DNA of 63,493 nt, filler included, from Raillietiella orientalis (lineage: Eukaryota), in the NCBI GenBank assembly GCA_036172245.1. It is 3 parts of 3 records of this genome, joined end to end, with 100 filler letters (N's around TTAATTAATTAA, not from the genome) between each part and the next. Parts side by side here need not be neighbours in the genome. Positions count along the whole stretch, not along the records: positions 1 to 23,898 come from JAYWIR010000224.1; positions 23,999 to 47,810 come from JAYWIR010000225.1; 1 more part is not named here. The stretch is one strand, 5' to 3'. Numbering within the stretch: position 1 is the first letter of the stretch; each line of letters opens with the position of its first letter. The notes below the pieces were generated by a model. It saw only the letters and a program-made list of their open reading frames with translations. It was not told where the DNA came from and did no database searches. This document shows, one piece after another, positions 15,001-27,713 of this stretch. A program made the position numbers and the translations under genes.

Positions 15001-18000
15001 TGAAGATTCTATTTGGATGTTGGAAGTGGAAGTAGATTGCTTCCAACCATTTTGATGTCTCAGGATTGCGACCGAATTCATCGGGAACCGGCCATGGTCG
15101 TTTTGGTGCAAGTGCGGAGATTTGGACGGAAAACACCACATTGGAAATAGAAAAGATAGAGGAATTTCTGTGATGCATTTTGAAGATTCAATTTCTATGC
15201 TGGAAGACGAAGTAGATTGATTCCAACCATTTTGATGTCTCAGGATTTCGACCGAATTCATCGGGAAGCGGCCATGGTCGTTTAGGTGCAAGTGCGGAGA
15301 TTTGGACGGAAAACACCACATTGGAAATAGAAAAGATAGAGGAATTTTTTGCATACACTTTGAAGATTCTATTTGGATGCAGGAAGTGGAAGTAGATTGC
15401 TTCCAACCATTTTGATGTCTCAGGATTGCGACCGAATTCATCGGGAACCGGCCATGGTCGTTTTGGTGCAAGTGCGGAGATTTGGACGGAAAACACCACA
15501 TTGGAAATAGAAAAGATAGAGGAATTTCTGTGATGCATTTTGAAGATTCAATTTCTATGCTGGAAGACGAAGTAGATTGATTCCAACCATTTTGATGTCT
15601 CAGGATTGCGACCGAATTCATCGGGAAGCGGCCATGGTCGTTTTGGTGCAAGTGCGGAGATTTGGACGGAAAACACCACATTGGAAATAGAAAAGATAGA
15701 GGAATTTTTATGAAGCACTTTGAAGATTCTATTTGGATGCAGGAAGTGGAAGTAGATTGCTTCCAACCATTTTGATGTCTCAGGATTGCGACCGAATTCA
15801 TCGGGAACCGGCCATGGTCGTTTTGGTGCAAGTGCGGAGATTTGGACGGAAAACACCACATTGGAAATAGAAAAGATAAAGGAATTTTTTTGATCCACTT
15901 TGAAGATTCTATTTGGATGCAGGAAGTGGAAGTAGATTGCTTCCAACCATTTTGATGTCTCAGGATTGCGACCGAATTCATCGGGAACCGGCCATGGTCG
16001 TTTTGGTGCAAGTGCGGAGATTTGGACGGAAAACACCACACTGGAAATAGAAAACATAGAGGAATTTCTGTGATGCATTTTGAAGATTCAATTTCTATGC
16101 TGGAAGACGAAGTAGATTGATTCCAACCATTTTGATGTCTCAGGATTGCGACCGAATTCTTCGGGAAGCTGCCATGGTGGTTTAGGTGCAAGTGCGGAGA
16201 TTTGGACGGAAAACACCACATTGGAAATAGAAAAGATAGAGGAATTTTTAGGAAGCACTTTGAAGATTCTATTTGGATGCAGGAAGTGGAAGTAGATTGC
16301 TTCCAACCATTTTCATGTCTCAGGATTGCGACCGAATTAATCGGGAACCGGCCATGGTCGTTTTGGTGCAAGTGCGGAGATTTGTACGGAAAACACCACA
16401 TTGGAAATAGAAAAGATAAAGGAATTTATTTGAACCACTTTGAAGATTGTATTTGGATGCAGGAAGTGGAAGTAGATTGCTTCCAACCATTTTGATGTCT
16501 AAGGATTGCGACCGAATTCATCGGGAACCGGCCATGGTCGTTTAGGTGCAAGTGCGGAGATTTGGACGGAAAACACCACATTGGAAATAGAAAAGATAGA
16601 GGAATTTTTTTGATGCATTTTGAAGATTCTATTTCTATGCTGGAAGAGGAAGTAGATTGATTCCAACCATTTTGATGTCTCAGGATTCCGACCGAATTCA
16701 TCGGGAAGCGGCCATGGTCGTTTTCGTGCAAGTGCGGAGATTTGGACGGAAAACACCACATTGGAAATAGAAAAGATAGAGGAATTTCTGTGATGCATTT
16801 TGAAGATTCAATTTCTATGCTGGAAGACGAAGTAGATTGATTCCAACCATTTTGATGTCTCAGGATTGCGACCGATTTCATCGGGAACCGACCATGGTCG
16901 TTTTGGTGCTAGTGTGGAGATTTGGACGGAAAACACCACATTGGAAATAGAGAAGATAGAGGAATTTTTAGGAAACACTTTGAAGATTCTATTTGGATGC
17001 AGGAAGTGGAAGTAGATTGCTTCCAACCGTTTTGATGTCTCAGGATTGCGACCGAATTCATCGGGAAACGGCCATGGTCGTTTTGGTGCAAGTGCGGAGA
17101 TTTGGACGGAAAACACCACATCGGAAATACAAAAGATAGAGGAATTTTTTTGAACCACTTTGAAGATTCTATTTGGATGTAGGAAGTGGAAGTAGATTGC
17201 TTCCAACCATTTTGATGTCTCAGGATTGCGACCGAATTCATCGGGAAGCGGCCATGGTCGTTTAGGAGCAAGTGCGGAGATTTGGACGGAAAACACCACA
17301 TTGGAAATAGAAAACATAGAGGAATTCCTGTGATGCATTTTGAAGATTCTATTTCTATGCTGGAAGTGGAAGTAGATTGCTTCCAACCATTTCGATGTCT
17401 CAGGATTGCGACCGAATTCATCGGGAAACGGCCATGGTCGTTTTGGTGCAAGTGCGGAGATTTGGACGGAAAACACCACATTGGAAATAGAAAAGATAGA
17501 GGAATTTTTTTGATGCACTTTGAGGATTCTATCTCTATGCTGGAAGTGGAAGTACATTGATTCCAACCATTTTCATGTCTCACGATTGCGACCGAATTCA
17601 TCGGGAACCGGCCATGGTCGTTTTGGTGCAAGTGCGCAGATTTGGACGGAAAACACCACATTGGTAATAGAAAAGATAGAGGAATTTTTTTGAACCACTT
17701 TGAAGATTCTATTTGGATGTAGGAAGTGGAAGTAGATTGCTTCCAACCATTTTGATGTCTCAGGATTGCGACCGAATTCATCGGGAAGCGGCCATGGTCG
17801 TTTTGGTGCTAGTGCGGAGATTTGGACGGAAAACACCACATTGGAAATAGAAAAGATAGAGGAATTTTTTTGATCCACTTTGAAGATTCTATTTGGATGT
17901 AGGAAGTGGAAGTAGATTGCTTCCAACCATTTTCATGTCTCAGGATTGCGACCGAATTAATCGGGAACCGGCCATGGTCGTTTTGGTGCAAGTGCGGAGA

Positions 18001-21000
18001 TTTCGACGGAAAACACCACACTGGAAATAGAAAAGATAAAGGAATTTTTTTGATGCACTTTAAAGATTCTATTTCTATGCTGGAAGAGGAAGTAGATTGA
18101 TTCCAACCATTTTGATGTCTCAGGATTTCGACCGAATTCATCGGGAAGCGGCCATGGTCGTTTACGTGCAAGTGCGGAGATTTGGACGGAAAACACCACA
18201 TTGGAAATAGAAAAGATAGAGGAATTTTTTGCATACACTTTGAAGATTGTATTTGGATGCAGGAAGTGGAAGTAGATTGCTTCCAACCATTTTGATGTCT
18301 CAGGATTGCGACCGAATTCATCGGGAACCGGCCATGGTCGTTTTGGTGCAAGTGCGGAGATTTGGACGGAAAACACCACACTGGAAATAGAAAACATAGA
18401 GGAATTTCTGTGATGCATTTTGAAGATTCAATTTCTATGCTGGAAGACGAAGTAGATTGATTCCAACCATTTTGATGTCTCAGGATTGCGACCGAATTCT
18501 TCGGGAAGCTGCCATGGTCGTTTAGGTGCAAGTGCGGAGATTTGGACGGAAAACACCACATTGGAAATAGAAAAGATAGAGGAATTTTTAGGAAGCACTT
18601 TGAAGATTCTATTTGGATGCAGGAAGTGGAAGTAGATTGCTTCCAACCATTTTGATGTCTCAGGATTGCGACCGAATTCATCGGGAACCGGCCATGGTCG
18701 TTTTGGTGCAAGTGCGGAGATTTGGACGGAAAACACCACATTGGAAATAGAAAAGATAAAGGAATTTTTTTGATCCACTTTGAAGATTCTATTTGGATGC
18801 AGGAAGTGGAAGTAGATTGCTTCCAACCATTTTGATGTCTCAGGATTGCGACCGAATTCATCGGGAACCGGCCATGGTCGTTTTGGTGCAAGTGCGGAGA
18901 TTTGGACGGAAAACACCACACTGGAAATAGAAAACATAGAGGAATTTCTGTGATGCATTTTGAAGATTCAATTTCTATGCTGGAAGACGAAGTAGATTGA
19001 TTCCAACCATTTTGATGTCTCAGGATTGCGACCGAATTCTTCGGGAAGCTGCCATGGTGGTTTAGGTGCAAGTGCGGAGATTTGGACGGAAAACACCACA
19101 TTGGAAATAGAAAAGATAGAGGAATTTTTAGGAAGCACTTTGAAGATTCTATTTGGATGCAGGAAGTGGAAGTAGATTGCTTCCAACCATTTTCATGTCT
19201 CAGGATTGCGACCGAATTAATCGGCAACCGGCCATGGTCGTTTTGGTGCAAGTGCGGAGATTTGTACGGAAAACACCACATTGGAAATAGAAAAGATAAA
19301 GGAATTTATTTGAACCACTTTGAAGATTGTATTTGGATGCAGGAAATGGAAGTAGATTGCTTCCAACCATTTTGATGTCAAACGATTGCGACCGAATTCA
19401 TCGGGAACCGGCCATGGTCGTTTAGGTGCAAGTGCGGAGATTTGGACGGAAAACACCACATTGGAAATAGAAAAGATAGAGGAATTTTTTTGATGCATTT
19501 TGAAGATTCTATTTCTATGCTGGAAGAGGAAGTAGATTGATTCCAACCATTTTGATGTCTCAGGATTCCGACCGAATTCATCGGGAAGCGGCCATGGTCG
19601 TTTACGTGCAAGTGCGGAGATTTGGACGGAAAACATCACATTGGAAATAGAAAAGATAGAGGAATTTTTTGCATACACTTTGAAGATTGTATTTGGATGC
19701 AGGAAGTGGGAGTAGATTGCTTCCAACCATTTTGATGTCTAAGGATTGCGACCGAATTCATCGGGAACCGGCCATGGACGTTTAGGTGCAAGTGCGGAGA
19801 TTTGGACGGAAAACACCACATTGGAAATAGAAAAGATAGAGGAATTTTTTTGATGCATTTTGAAGATTCTATTTCTATGCTGGAAGAGGAAGTAGATTGA
19901 TTCCAACCATTTTGATGTCTCAGGATTCCGACCGAATTCATCGGGAAGCGGCCATGGTCGTTTTCGTGCAAGTGTGGAGATTTGGACGGAAAACACCACA
20001 TTGGAAATAGAAAAGATAGAGGAATTTCTGTGATGCATTTTGAAGATTTAATTTCTATGCTGGAAGACGAAGTAGATTGATTCCAACCATTTTGATGTCT
20101 CAGCATTGCGACCGATTTCATCGGGAACCGACCATGGTCGTTTTGGTGCTAGTGTGGAGATTTGGACGGAAAACACCACATTGGAAATAGAGAAGATAGA
20201 GCAATTTTAAGGAAACACTTTGAAGATTCTATTTGGATGCAGGAAGTGGAAGTAGATTGCTTCCAACCGTTTTGATGTCTCAGGATTGCTACCGAATTCA
20301 TCGGGAAACGGCCATGGTCGTTTTGGTGCAAGTGCGGAGATTTGGACGGAAAACACCACATCGGAAATACAAAAGATAGAGGAATTTTTTTGAACCACTT
20401 TGAAGATTCTATTTGGATGTAGGAAGTGGAAGTAGATTGCTTCCAACCATTTTGATGTCTCAGGATTGCGACCGAATTCATCGGGAAGCGGCCATGGTCG
20501 TTTAGGAGCAAGTGCGGAGATTTGGACGGAAAACACCACATTGGAAATAGAAAACATAGAGGAATTCCTGTGATGCATTTTGAAGATTCTATTTCTATGC
20601 TGGAAGTGGAAGTAGATTGCTTCCAACCATTTCGATGTCTCAGGATTGCGACCGAATTCATCGGGAAACGGCCATGGTCGTTTTGGTGCAAGTGCGGAGA
20701 TTTGGACGGAAAACACCACATTGGAAATAGAAAAGATAGAGGAATTTTTTTGATGCACTTTGAGGATTCTATCTCTATGCTGGAAGTGGAAGTACATTGA
20801 TTCCAACCATTTTCATGTCTCACGATTGCGACCGAATTCATCGGGAACCGGCCATGGTCGTTTTGGTGCAAGTGCGCAGATTTGGACGGAAAACACCACA
20901 CTGGAAATAGAAAACATAGAGGAATTTCTGTGATGCATTTTGAAGATTCAATTTCTATGCTGGAAGACGAAGTAGATTGATTCCAACCGTTTTGATGTCT

Positions 21001-23898
21001 CAGGATTTCGACCGAATTCATCGGGAAGCGGCCATGGTCGTTTTGGTGCTAGTGTGGAGATTTGGACGGAAAACACCACATTGGAAATAGAAAAGATAAA
21101 GGAATTTGTTTGATCCACTTTGAAGATTCTATTTGGATGTAGGAAGTGGAAGTAGATTGCTTCCAACCATTTTCATGTCTCAGGATTGCGACCGAATTAA
21201 TCGGGAACCGGCCATGGTCATTTTGGTGCAAGTGCGGAAATTTGTACGGAAAACACCACATTGGAAATAGAAAAGATAAAGGAATTTTTTTATCCACTTT
21301 GAAGATTCTATTTGGATGCAGGAAGTGGAAGTAGATTGCTTCCAACCATTTTGATGTCTCAGGATTGCGACCGAATTCATCGGGAACCGGCCATGGTCGT
21401 TTTGGTGCAAGTGCGGAGATTTGGACGGAAAACACCACATTGGAAATAGAAAAGATAGAAGAATTTCTGTGATGCATTTTGAAGATTCAATTTCTATGCT
21501 GGAAGACGAAGTAGATTGATTCCAACCATTTTGATGTCTCAGGATTGCGACCGAATTCATCGGGAAGCGGCCATGGTCGTTTTGGTGCAAGTGCGGAGAT
21601 TTGGACGGAAAACACCACATTGGAAATAGAAAACATAGAGGAATTTCTGTGATGCATTTTGAAGATTCAATTTCTATGCTGGAAGACGAAGTAGATTGAT
21701 TCCAACCATTTTGATGTCTCAGGATTGCGACCGAATTAATCGGGAACCGGCCATGGTCATTTTGGTGCAAGTGCGGAGATTTGTGAAAACACCACATTGG
21801 AAATAGAAAAGATAAAGGAATTTTTTATCCACTTTGAAGATTCTATTGGATGCAGAAGTGGAAGTAGATTGCTTCCAACCATTTTGATGTCTCAGGATTG
21901 CGACCGAATTCATCGGGAACGGCCATGGTCGTTTGTAAGTGCGAATGACGAAAACCCACAGAAATAGAAAAATAGAGGAATTTCTGTGATGCATTTTAGA
22001 ATTTATTGCTGGAAGAGAAGTAGATTGTAACCATTTTGATGTCTCAGGATTGCGACCGAATTCTTCGGGAACCGGCCATGGTGTAAGTGCAAGTGCAGAA
22101 TTTGGACGGAAAACACCACATTGGAAATAGAAAAGATAGAGGAATTTCTGTGATGCATTTTGAAGATTCAATTTCTATGCTGGAAGACGAAGTAGATTGA
22201 TTCCAACCATTTTGATGTCTCAGGATTTCGACCGAATTCATCGGGAAGCGGCCATGGTCGTTTTGGTGCTAGTGTGGAGATTTGGACGGAAAACACCACA
22301 TTGGAAATAGAAAAGATAAAGGAATTTGTTTGATCCACTTTGAAGATTCTATTTGGATGTAGGAAGTGGAAGTAGATTGCTTCCAACCATTTTCATGTCT
22401 CAGGATTGCGACCGAATTAATCGGGAACCGGCCATGGTCATTTTGGTGCAAGTGCGGAAATTTGTACGGAAAACACCACATTGGAAATAGAAAAGATAAA
22501 GGAATTTTTTTTATCCACTTTGAAGATTCTATTTGGATGCAGGAAGTGGAAGTAGATTGCTTCCAACCATTTTGATGTCTCAGGATTGCGACCGAATTCA
22601 TCGGGAACCGGCCATGGTCGTTTTGGTGCAAGTGCGGAGATTTGGACGGAAAACACCACATTGGAAATAGAAAAGATAGAAGAATTTCTGTGATGCATTT
22701 TGAAGATTCAATTTCTATGCTGGAAGACCAAGTAGATTGATTCCAACCATTTTGATGTCTCAGGATTTCGACCGAATTCATCGGGAAGCGGCCATGGTCG
22801 TTTTGGTGCTAGTGTGGAGATTTGGACGGAAAACACCACATTGGAAATAGAAAAGATAAAGGAATTTTTTTGATCCACTTTGAAGATTCTATTTGGATGC
22901 AGGAAGTGGAAGTAGATTGCTTCCAACCATTTTGATGTCTCAGGATTGCGACCGAATTCATCGGGAACCGGCCATGGTCGTTTTGGTGCAAGTGCGGAGA
23001 TTTGGACGGAAAACACCACATTGGAAATAGAAAAGATAGAGGAATTTTTTTGATGCACTTTGAAGATTCTATTTCTATGCTGGAAGTGGAAGTAGATTGC
23101 TTCCAACCATTTTGATGTCTCAGGATTGCGACCGAATTCATCGGGAACCGGCCATGGTCGTTTTGGTGCAAGTGCGGAGATTTGGACGGAAAACACCACA
23201 TTGGAAATAGAAAAGATAGAGGAATTTCTTTGATGCACTTTGAAGATTCTATTTCTATGCTGGAAGTGGAAGTAGATTGATTCCAACCATTTTGATGTCT
23301 CAGGATTGCGACCGAATTCATCGGGAACCGGCCATGGTCGTTTTGGTGCAAGTGCGGAGATTTGGACGGAAAACACCACATTGGAAATAGAAAAGATAGA
23401 GGAATTTCGTGATGCATTGAAGATTCTATTTCTATGCTGGAAGAGGAAGTAGATTGATTCCAACCATTTTGATGTCTCAGGATTGCGACCGAATTCATCG
23501 GGAACCGGCCATGGTCGTTTTGGTGCAAGTGCGGAGATTTGGACGGAAAACACCACATTGGAAATAGAAAAGATAGAGGAATTTTTTTGATGCACTTTGA
23601 AGATTCTATTTGGATGCAGGAAGTGGAAGTAGATTGCTTCCAACCATTTTGATGTCTCAGGATTGCGACCGAATTCATCGGGAACCGGCCATGGTCGTTT
23701 TGGTGCAAGTGCGGAGATTTGGACGGAAAACACCACATTGGAAATAGAAAAGATAGAGGAATTTCTGTGATGCATTTTGAAGATTCAATTTCTATGCTGG
23801 AAGACGAAGTAGATTGCTTCCAACCATTTTGATGTCTCAGGATTGCGACCGAATTCATCGGGAACCGGCCATGGTCGTTTTGGTGCAAGTGCGGAGAT
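1..23898. repeat. 180-bp tandem satellite array (~133 monomers), possibly centromeric/pericentromeric
   Basis: Monomer GATTTGGACGGAAAACACCACATTGGAAAT...GGTGCAAGTGCGGA recurs every 180 bp (1, 181, 361...), with rare 1-bp losses (e.g. ~4409, ~12650, ~21290). One EcoRI (GAATTC) and one NcoI (CCATGG) site in most monomers. Centromeric location is inferred only from the nucleosome-sized monomer. Confidence 0.98.
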
Positions 23899-23998
23899 NN
23901 NNNNNNNNNNNNNNNNNNNNNNNNNNNNNNNNNNNNNNNNNNTTAATTAATTAANNNNNNNNNNNNNNNNNNNNNNNNNNNNNNNNNNNNNNNNNNNN
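23899..23998. other. Artificial contig-joining spacer N44-TTAATTAATTAA-N44
   Basis: Exactly 100 bp. The central 12-mer gives stop codons in all six frames, and an identical spacer occurs at 47811-47910. Confidence 0.97.
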
Positions 23999-24158
23999 AT
24001 GTTCGACTCGGGAGTTTTCCCCATGTCCCACGAGAGGTGGGGTAAATTTATATTTCTAAAATTTTTCTATGAAAACATTGACACTAAAATCTCATCCATA
24101 CCATTAGCACTTTTTTTTTTACCACAATGAAGTCCTTGGGTTTTCACAGGTTCTGAAC

Positions 24159-27100
24159 TCATGGTGGGTTTCCTGCTGTTTGGTCCCGGACGTAGAATTC
24201 TATCCTTTTCAGGATGAATCGGTACGTCCAGGCTTGGATGTTCTTACAGTTTTGAATGCCGATTTCCCTCTTCAGTAGCCCTTGTAGGATCTCCATCGGT
24301 GATGCGGCTCTTCTGGCTTTCCTCATTTCCCACCACCGCGCAAATATGGCGGTGCTGAAGAGGGCGATGGTCGTCCTCACCATGGGATTGTAACAAAGAA
24401 CATTACCATTCCCCTGAAACATCCCGGCGAGGATCACCATTACGGATCTGTTCGTAAGTCCGATGATCGTTTTCAGGATCAGCCAGTCATGCAGCAATGT
24501 GGGACACGTCAAGACGTGAAGTCTCGTGTGGATGTCTCTACATGCTGTGAAGTCTCGATCTTCCCTTCTTCCGGTGTAGTGCTGCAATCGGGACCCACCC
24601 TGGATTCCCCCATGATAAAACAGCAGGAGGTCATCCTGGGTGCGCGGCGGAACGTGACTCCTCCAGAGCGTCGTGCCAATCGCTAACAGGTTAATCCGGT
24701 CACTCCCGTAGCGATCGGCGGCTTCCTGGAGGGCACTAATATCACTGTGTTCTTCTTGAATTAGTCTTCGGAGGATTATTTTGGTTACCCTGAACCACGC
24801 AAAGTCGTTGTGGTTGAACCACACGTCGCAGGTCATGTGGATAAACCTTCCTAACATCATCTCTATATACCAAAGTTTACGAGTGTGATGTGGGTACCCT
24901 CGTCGTTTCCACTGCTGGATTCGTTGAAGGGTAACTCTGGACTGCTGGTGGATCGAGATTCTCGTGTCCGGCGAGACCGGAAGCATCCAAGGGATCACCA
25001 GGATGGACTCTTCCTGCCAGAGTTCCCTACTTCTCGTCAGGATCTTGATTTTGTACTTTTGCACCAGCCGTTGCTTCCTCGTCCAGGTTGGGTCGATATT
25101 TTCCATTCGCCTGCTCTGCCAAGCAGCGCAGTCATCAGGCCTTCCCAGTTGTTCAGAAACAACGGATAGGACCTGTGCACCGCATACCGCCAGTCATCCC
25201 AGTGAGTGGCAATGTCCAGGATGTGTCGCGTATCCATGATTTCTATGGAGTGTGCAAGCGACTTCATCCCCGAACCGCCTTCTTCCCCGGGACGACACAG
25301 GGGTTTCAGTCGGACTCTTGAGCGATAATGGCCCCACAGTGTTTTTCTCTTCAGCTTGTCGAACTGCCTTGTGGGGTCCTTGTTCATCCTTGCGAAGGCC
25401 GCCCCGAGGAGTACTTTTGGAAGGAGTAGTCGGTTTCATATGTAGGCCTTTCGCTTCATTCCAAGGTCCGTTCGGGTGTACTTGGCTGCTTCCTTGGCCG
25501 TTTTCCCTAGGATCTCGGTCCACAATAGCTTCGACGCGGAGCCGTCGCCGATGTAGACACCCAGGTACTTGGCCTTGTCCACCGTTCGAAATCCACTTTC
25601 CGCTAGAGTGAAGAGATCGAAGATTCCAACGGGCAAGAGCTGGCTTTTCTGGGCGTTGATCTTTAGACCCAGGCCTTGATCCATTAGGTCTACCACATCC
25701 AGAAACGCACGTTGATTTCACTCTCCCTTGATAAAAAAGAGTAGATCATCAGCGTATGCCAGATGGGTAAGACGCTGGCTATCGATTGTTATGCCTTGCA
25801 GTCGTCCGCTCTTCTCGATAAAGGACGACAACGCCTCCAAGTAGATGACGAACAGCATCAAACTTAGCGAATCGCCCTGCCGGACGCCTCGTTCCATCCG
25901 GATTGCTGCCGTCTCCTGGCCGTTGATTTTGATTCCGCAGTACTGGTACTGGAGTACCACCCTCACGAAGTTGCTGAAGTGTTCCGGAAGGCCTAGCTCC
26001 TCCAGAACCTTCAGCAGCATCCCATGGTCGATGGAGTCGTAAGCCTTCTGCATGTCAAAGAACACCAGAGCCAGATTCTCGCCAACGTATCGGCTGAGTC
26101 CGACGATGGCCTGGGCACACTAGACATTGTCCGACATGTAACGTCCAGGGACTGCACAGGTTTGGACCGGAGAGATGAGCCTCGACATGACCTTACCTAA
26201 GCGGTTGGACCAGATCGTCGCCAACCACTTGGCACCCTAGTTCAGGATCGAGATTAGCCTCCATTGAGCGATTTGCGGGAGGTCACCCCCTTTTAGCAAC
26301 AATCTAATCCGACTCTCGTAAAAGGACTGTGGAAATCTTCCGTCTTCGCGGATGCAGAGGGTCAACTGGTGTAACAAACGCAGGTAGGCATGCAGGTTCC
26401 GCTGATAGTGAGTGATGTGTAGGCTGTCAGGGCGCGCCGCCAAGTCCTTGCGTACTTGACCAAACGCCGTCTTCACTTCGTCTTTGAAGAATTCCTCATC
26501 CAGTCTGTTCCGCTGGAGATCGTCGGTCCACTTCTCGAGGTAGCTCAGAAAGGCCTGTTTACTAGAGCGACAGAGTCGTTGTCGCCTAAAGTCCTTCGTG
26601 TGATGCCTGTGAAAGGCATCCACGATGCTCTCAGACGACGGTCGCTTTTGACCGTCGTACAGGATGCAGAAGATATCTGTTGCCAGATTTCTCTTCACCA
26701 GCACGCCGACGTCCCCTTTTATGTTCTTGAAGACGTACCGACTCTCGTACTGATCAAAGTACTTTGAGAGTGAGCGATCTTGGATGTTCAGCTCCCGGTA
26801 CGCCTCCTGCCTCAAGCGCCTATCTCCGAACTGCATGTTTGCAAACTGGTGTATCCTGTGTTTCAGGCTGTCCCAGTCGGCGACTCTTCGGATTGTTGTT
26901 GCCTTCAGAATCGTCTCCAGGACAGCCTGATTTCCGGGATGGGTTTCGAACCAGGCGGGCATGCTGATGAGCGCCTCCCTGGTGCCTTGTCTCCGTCAAG
27001 GATTCTCCGTTCTTAGGAAAAACCGCACGAGGGGGTGATAGAACACCGTGGTCATAATGTCTCGAAAACCCTAAATGCGATTCCCTAGTTCAATGCTGTG

Positions 27101-27676
27101 CAGGACGTGATCGATCAACTTGTGACTTGCAGTTCGCCACACCATTCCGAACTCCTCGGATAGCTGTCGATACGCTGTCCTTTCTCTGGCGTCTTGGGAA
27201 TAAGTGATCTCATCCAATATGTTGAGATCGCAAGCAACAATCACGACTTCCTTGGGGGCGACCTTTTCACGGAGTGCTGCATGCAGCGCCTTCGCACAAC
27301 GATGTTTTAGCCTGTGCGGCCCGTACGCGTTCACCAGAATAAGGTGAACAGTAGCGGACCAGGCCAGTCGCACGCCGATCATTCGTCCGGGTTGGAAACA
27401 GAACACTTCCAGAATAGTGGGGGCCAATTTGTTCTTGATTAGGACCGCCACACCCTGCGTGTTCCGTTCTCCCTTGCTGACGAAAATCTGGCCGTTGAAT
27501 CGCCCTTCCATTTGCTGACTAATCTCGAGACCCATCTTGTGGGTCTGCTGCAGGCACACTATGTCTTGTTGTGCGATGGTCCGCACAATCCTTTTTCTTT
27601 TTCCCTGGTCGACCATACCGTATACATTCTAGGAGGCGATGTTCATCCTCCTCGCGGTCGATAGGGAAAAGGCCAT
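24159..27676 (-). pseudogene. Copy A ORF2 (APE endonuclease + reverse transcriptase + C-terminal zinc finger), disrupted
   Basis: Starts MAFSLSTARRMNIAS*NVYG (WNVNG motif with W changed to stop). Motifs IVCLQQTH, VNAYGP, IDH, WRLISILN, DMQKAYDSIDH, GVRQGDSLS, HLAYADDLL, KYLGV. Split by stops and frameshifts into ORFs 27071-27616, 26237-26962, 25718-26065, 25436-25696, 25037-25387 and 24159-25106. Confidence 0.92.
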
Positions 27677-27713
27677 AAAAGGGGAAGACCTATTTCTTGG
27701 CCTTTCTGAGCTT

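Noticed and set aside
21781..22100. Deletion-rich degenerate monomers (also ~60960-61250 in the 278-bp array)
   Set aside because: Scattered small deletions amid clean monomers look like low-coverage long-read consensus error. Cannot be separated from real decay without reads.
250..23888. Very long ORFs (up to 921 aa) of 60-aa repeats on the minus strand of the 180-bp satellite
   Set aside because: The monomer length is a multiple of 3 and two overlapping frames are open by chance. Common variants (TCAATTTC, GCTAGTG) introduce stops that are propagated freely, and 1-bp indels switch frames, so there is no sign of coding constraint.
1..23898. CRISPR array, or identity with Arabidopsis CEN180
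   Set aside because: There are no unique spacers or cas genes. Only the length resembles CEN180, and I do not recognise the sequence as that repeat.
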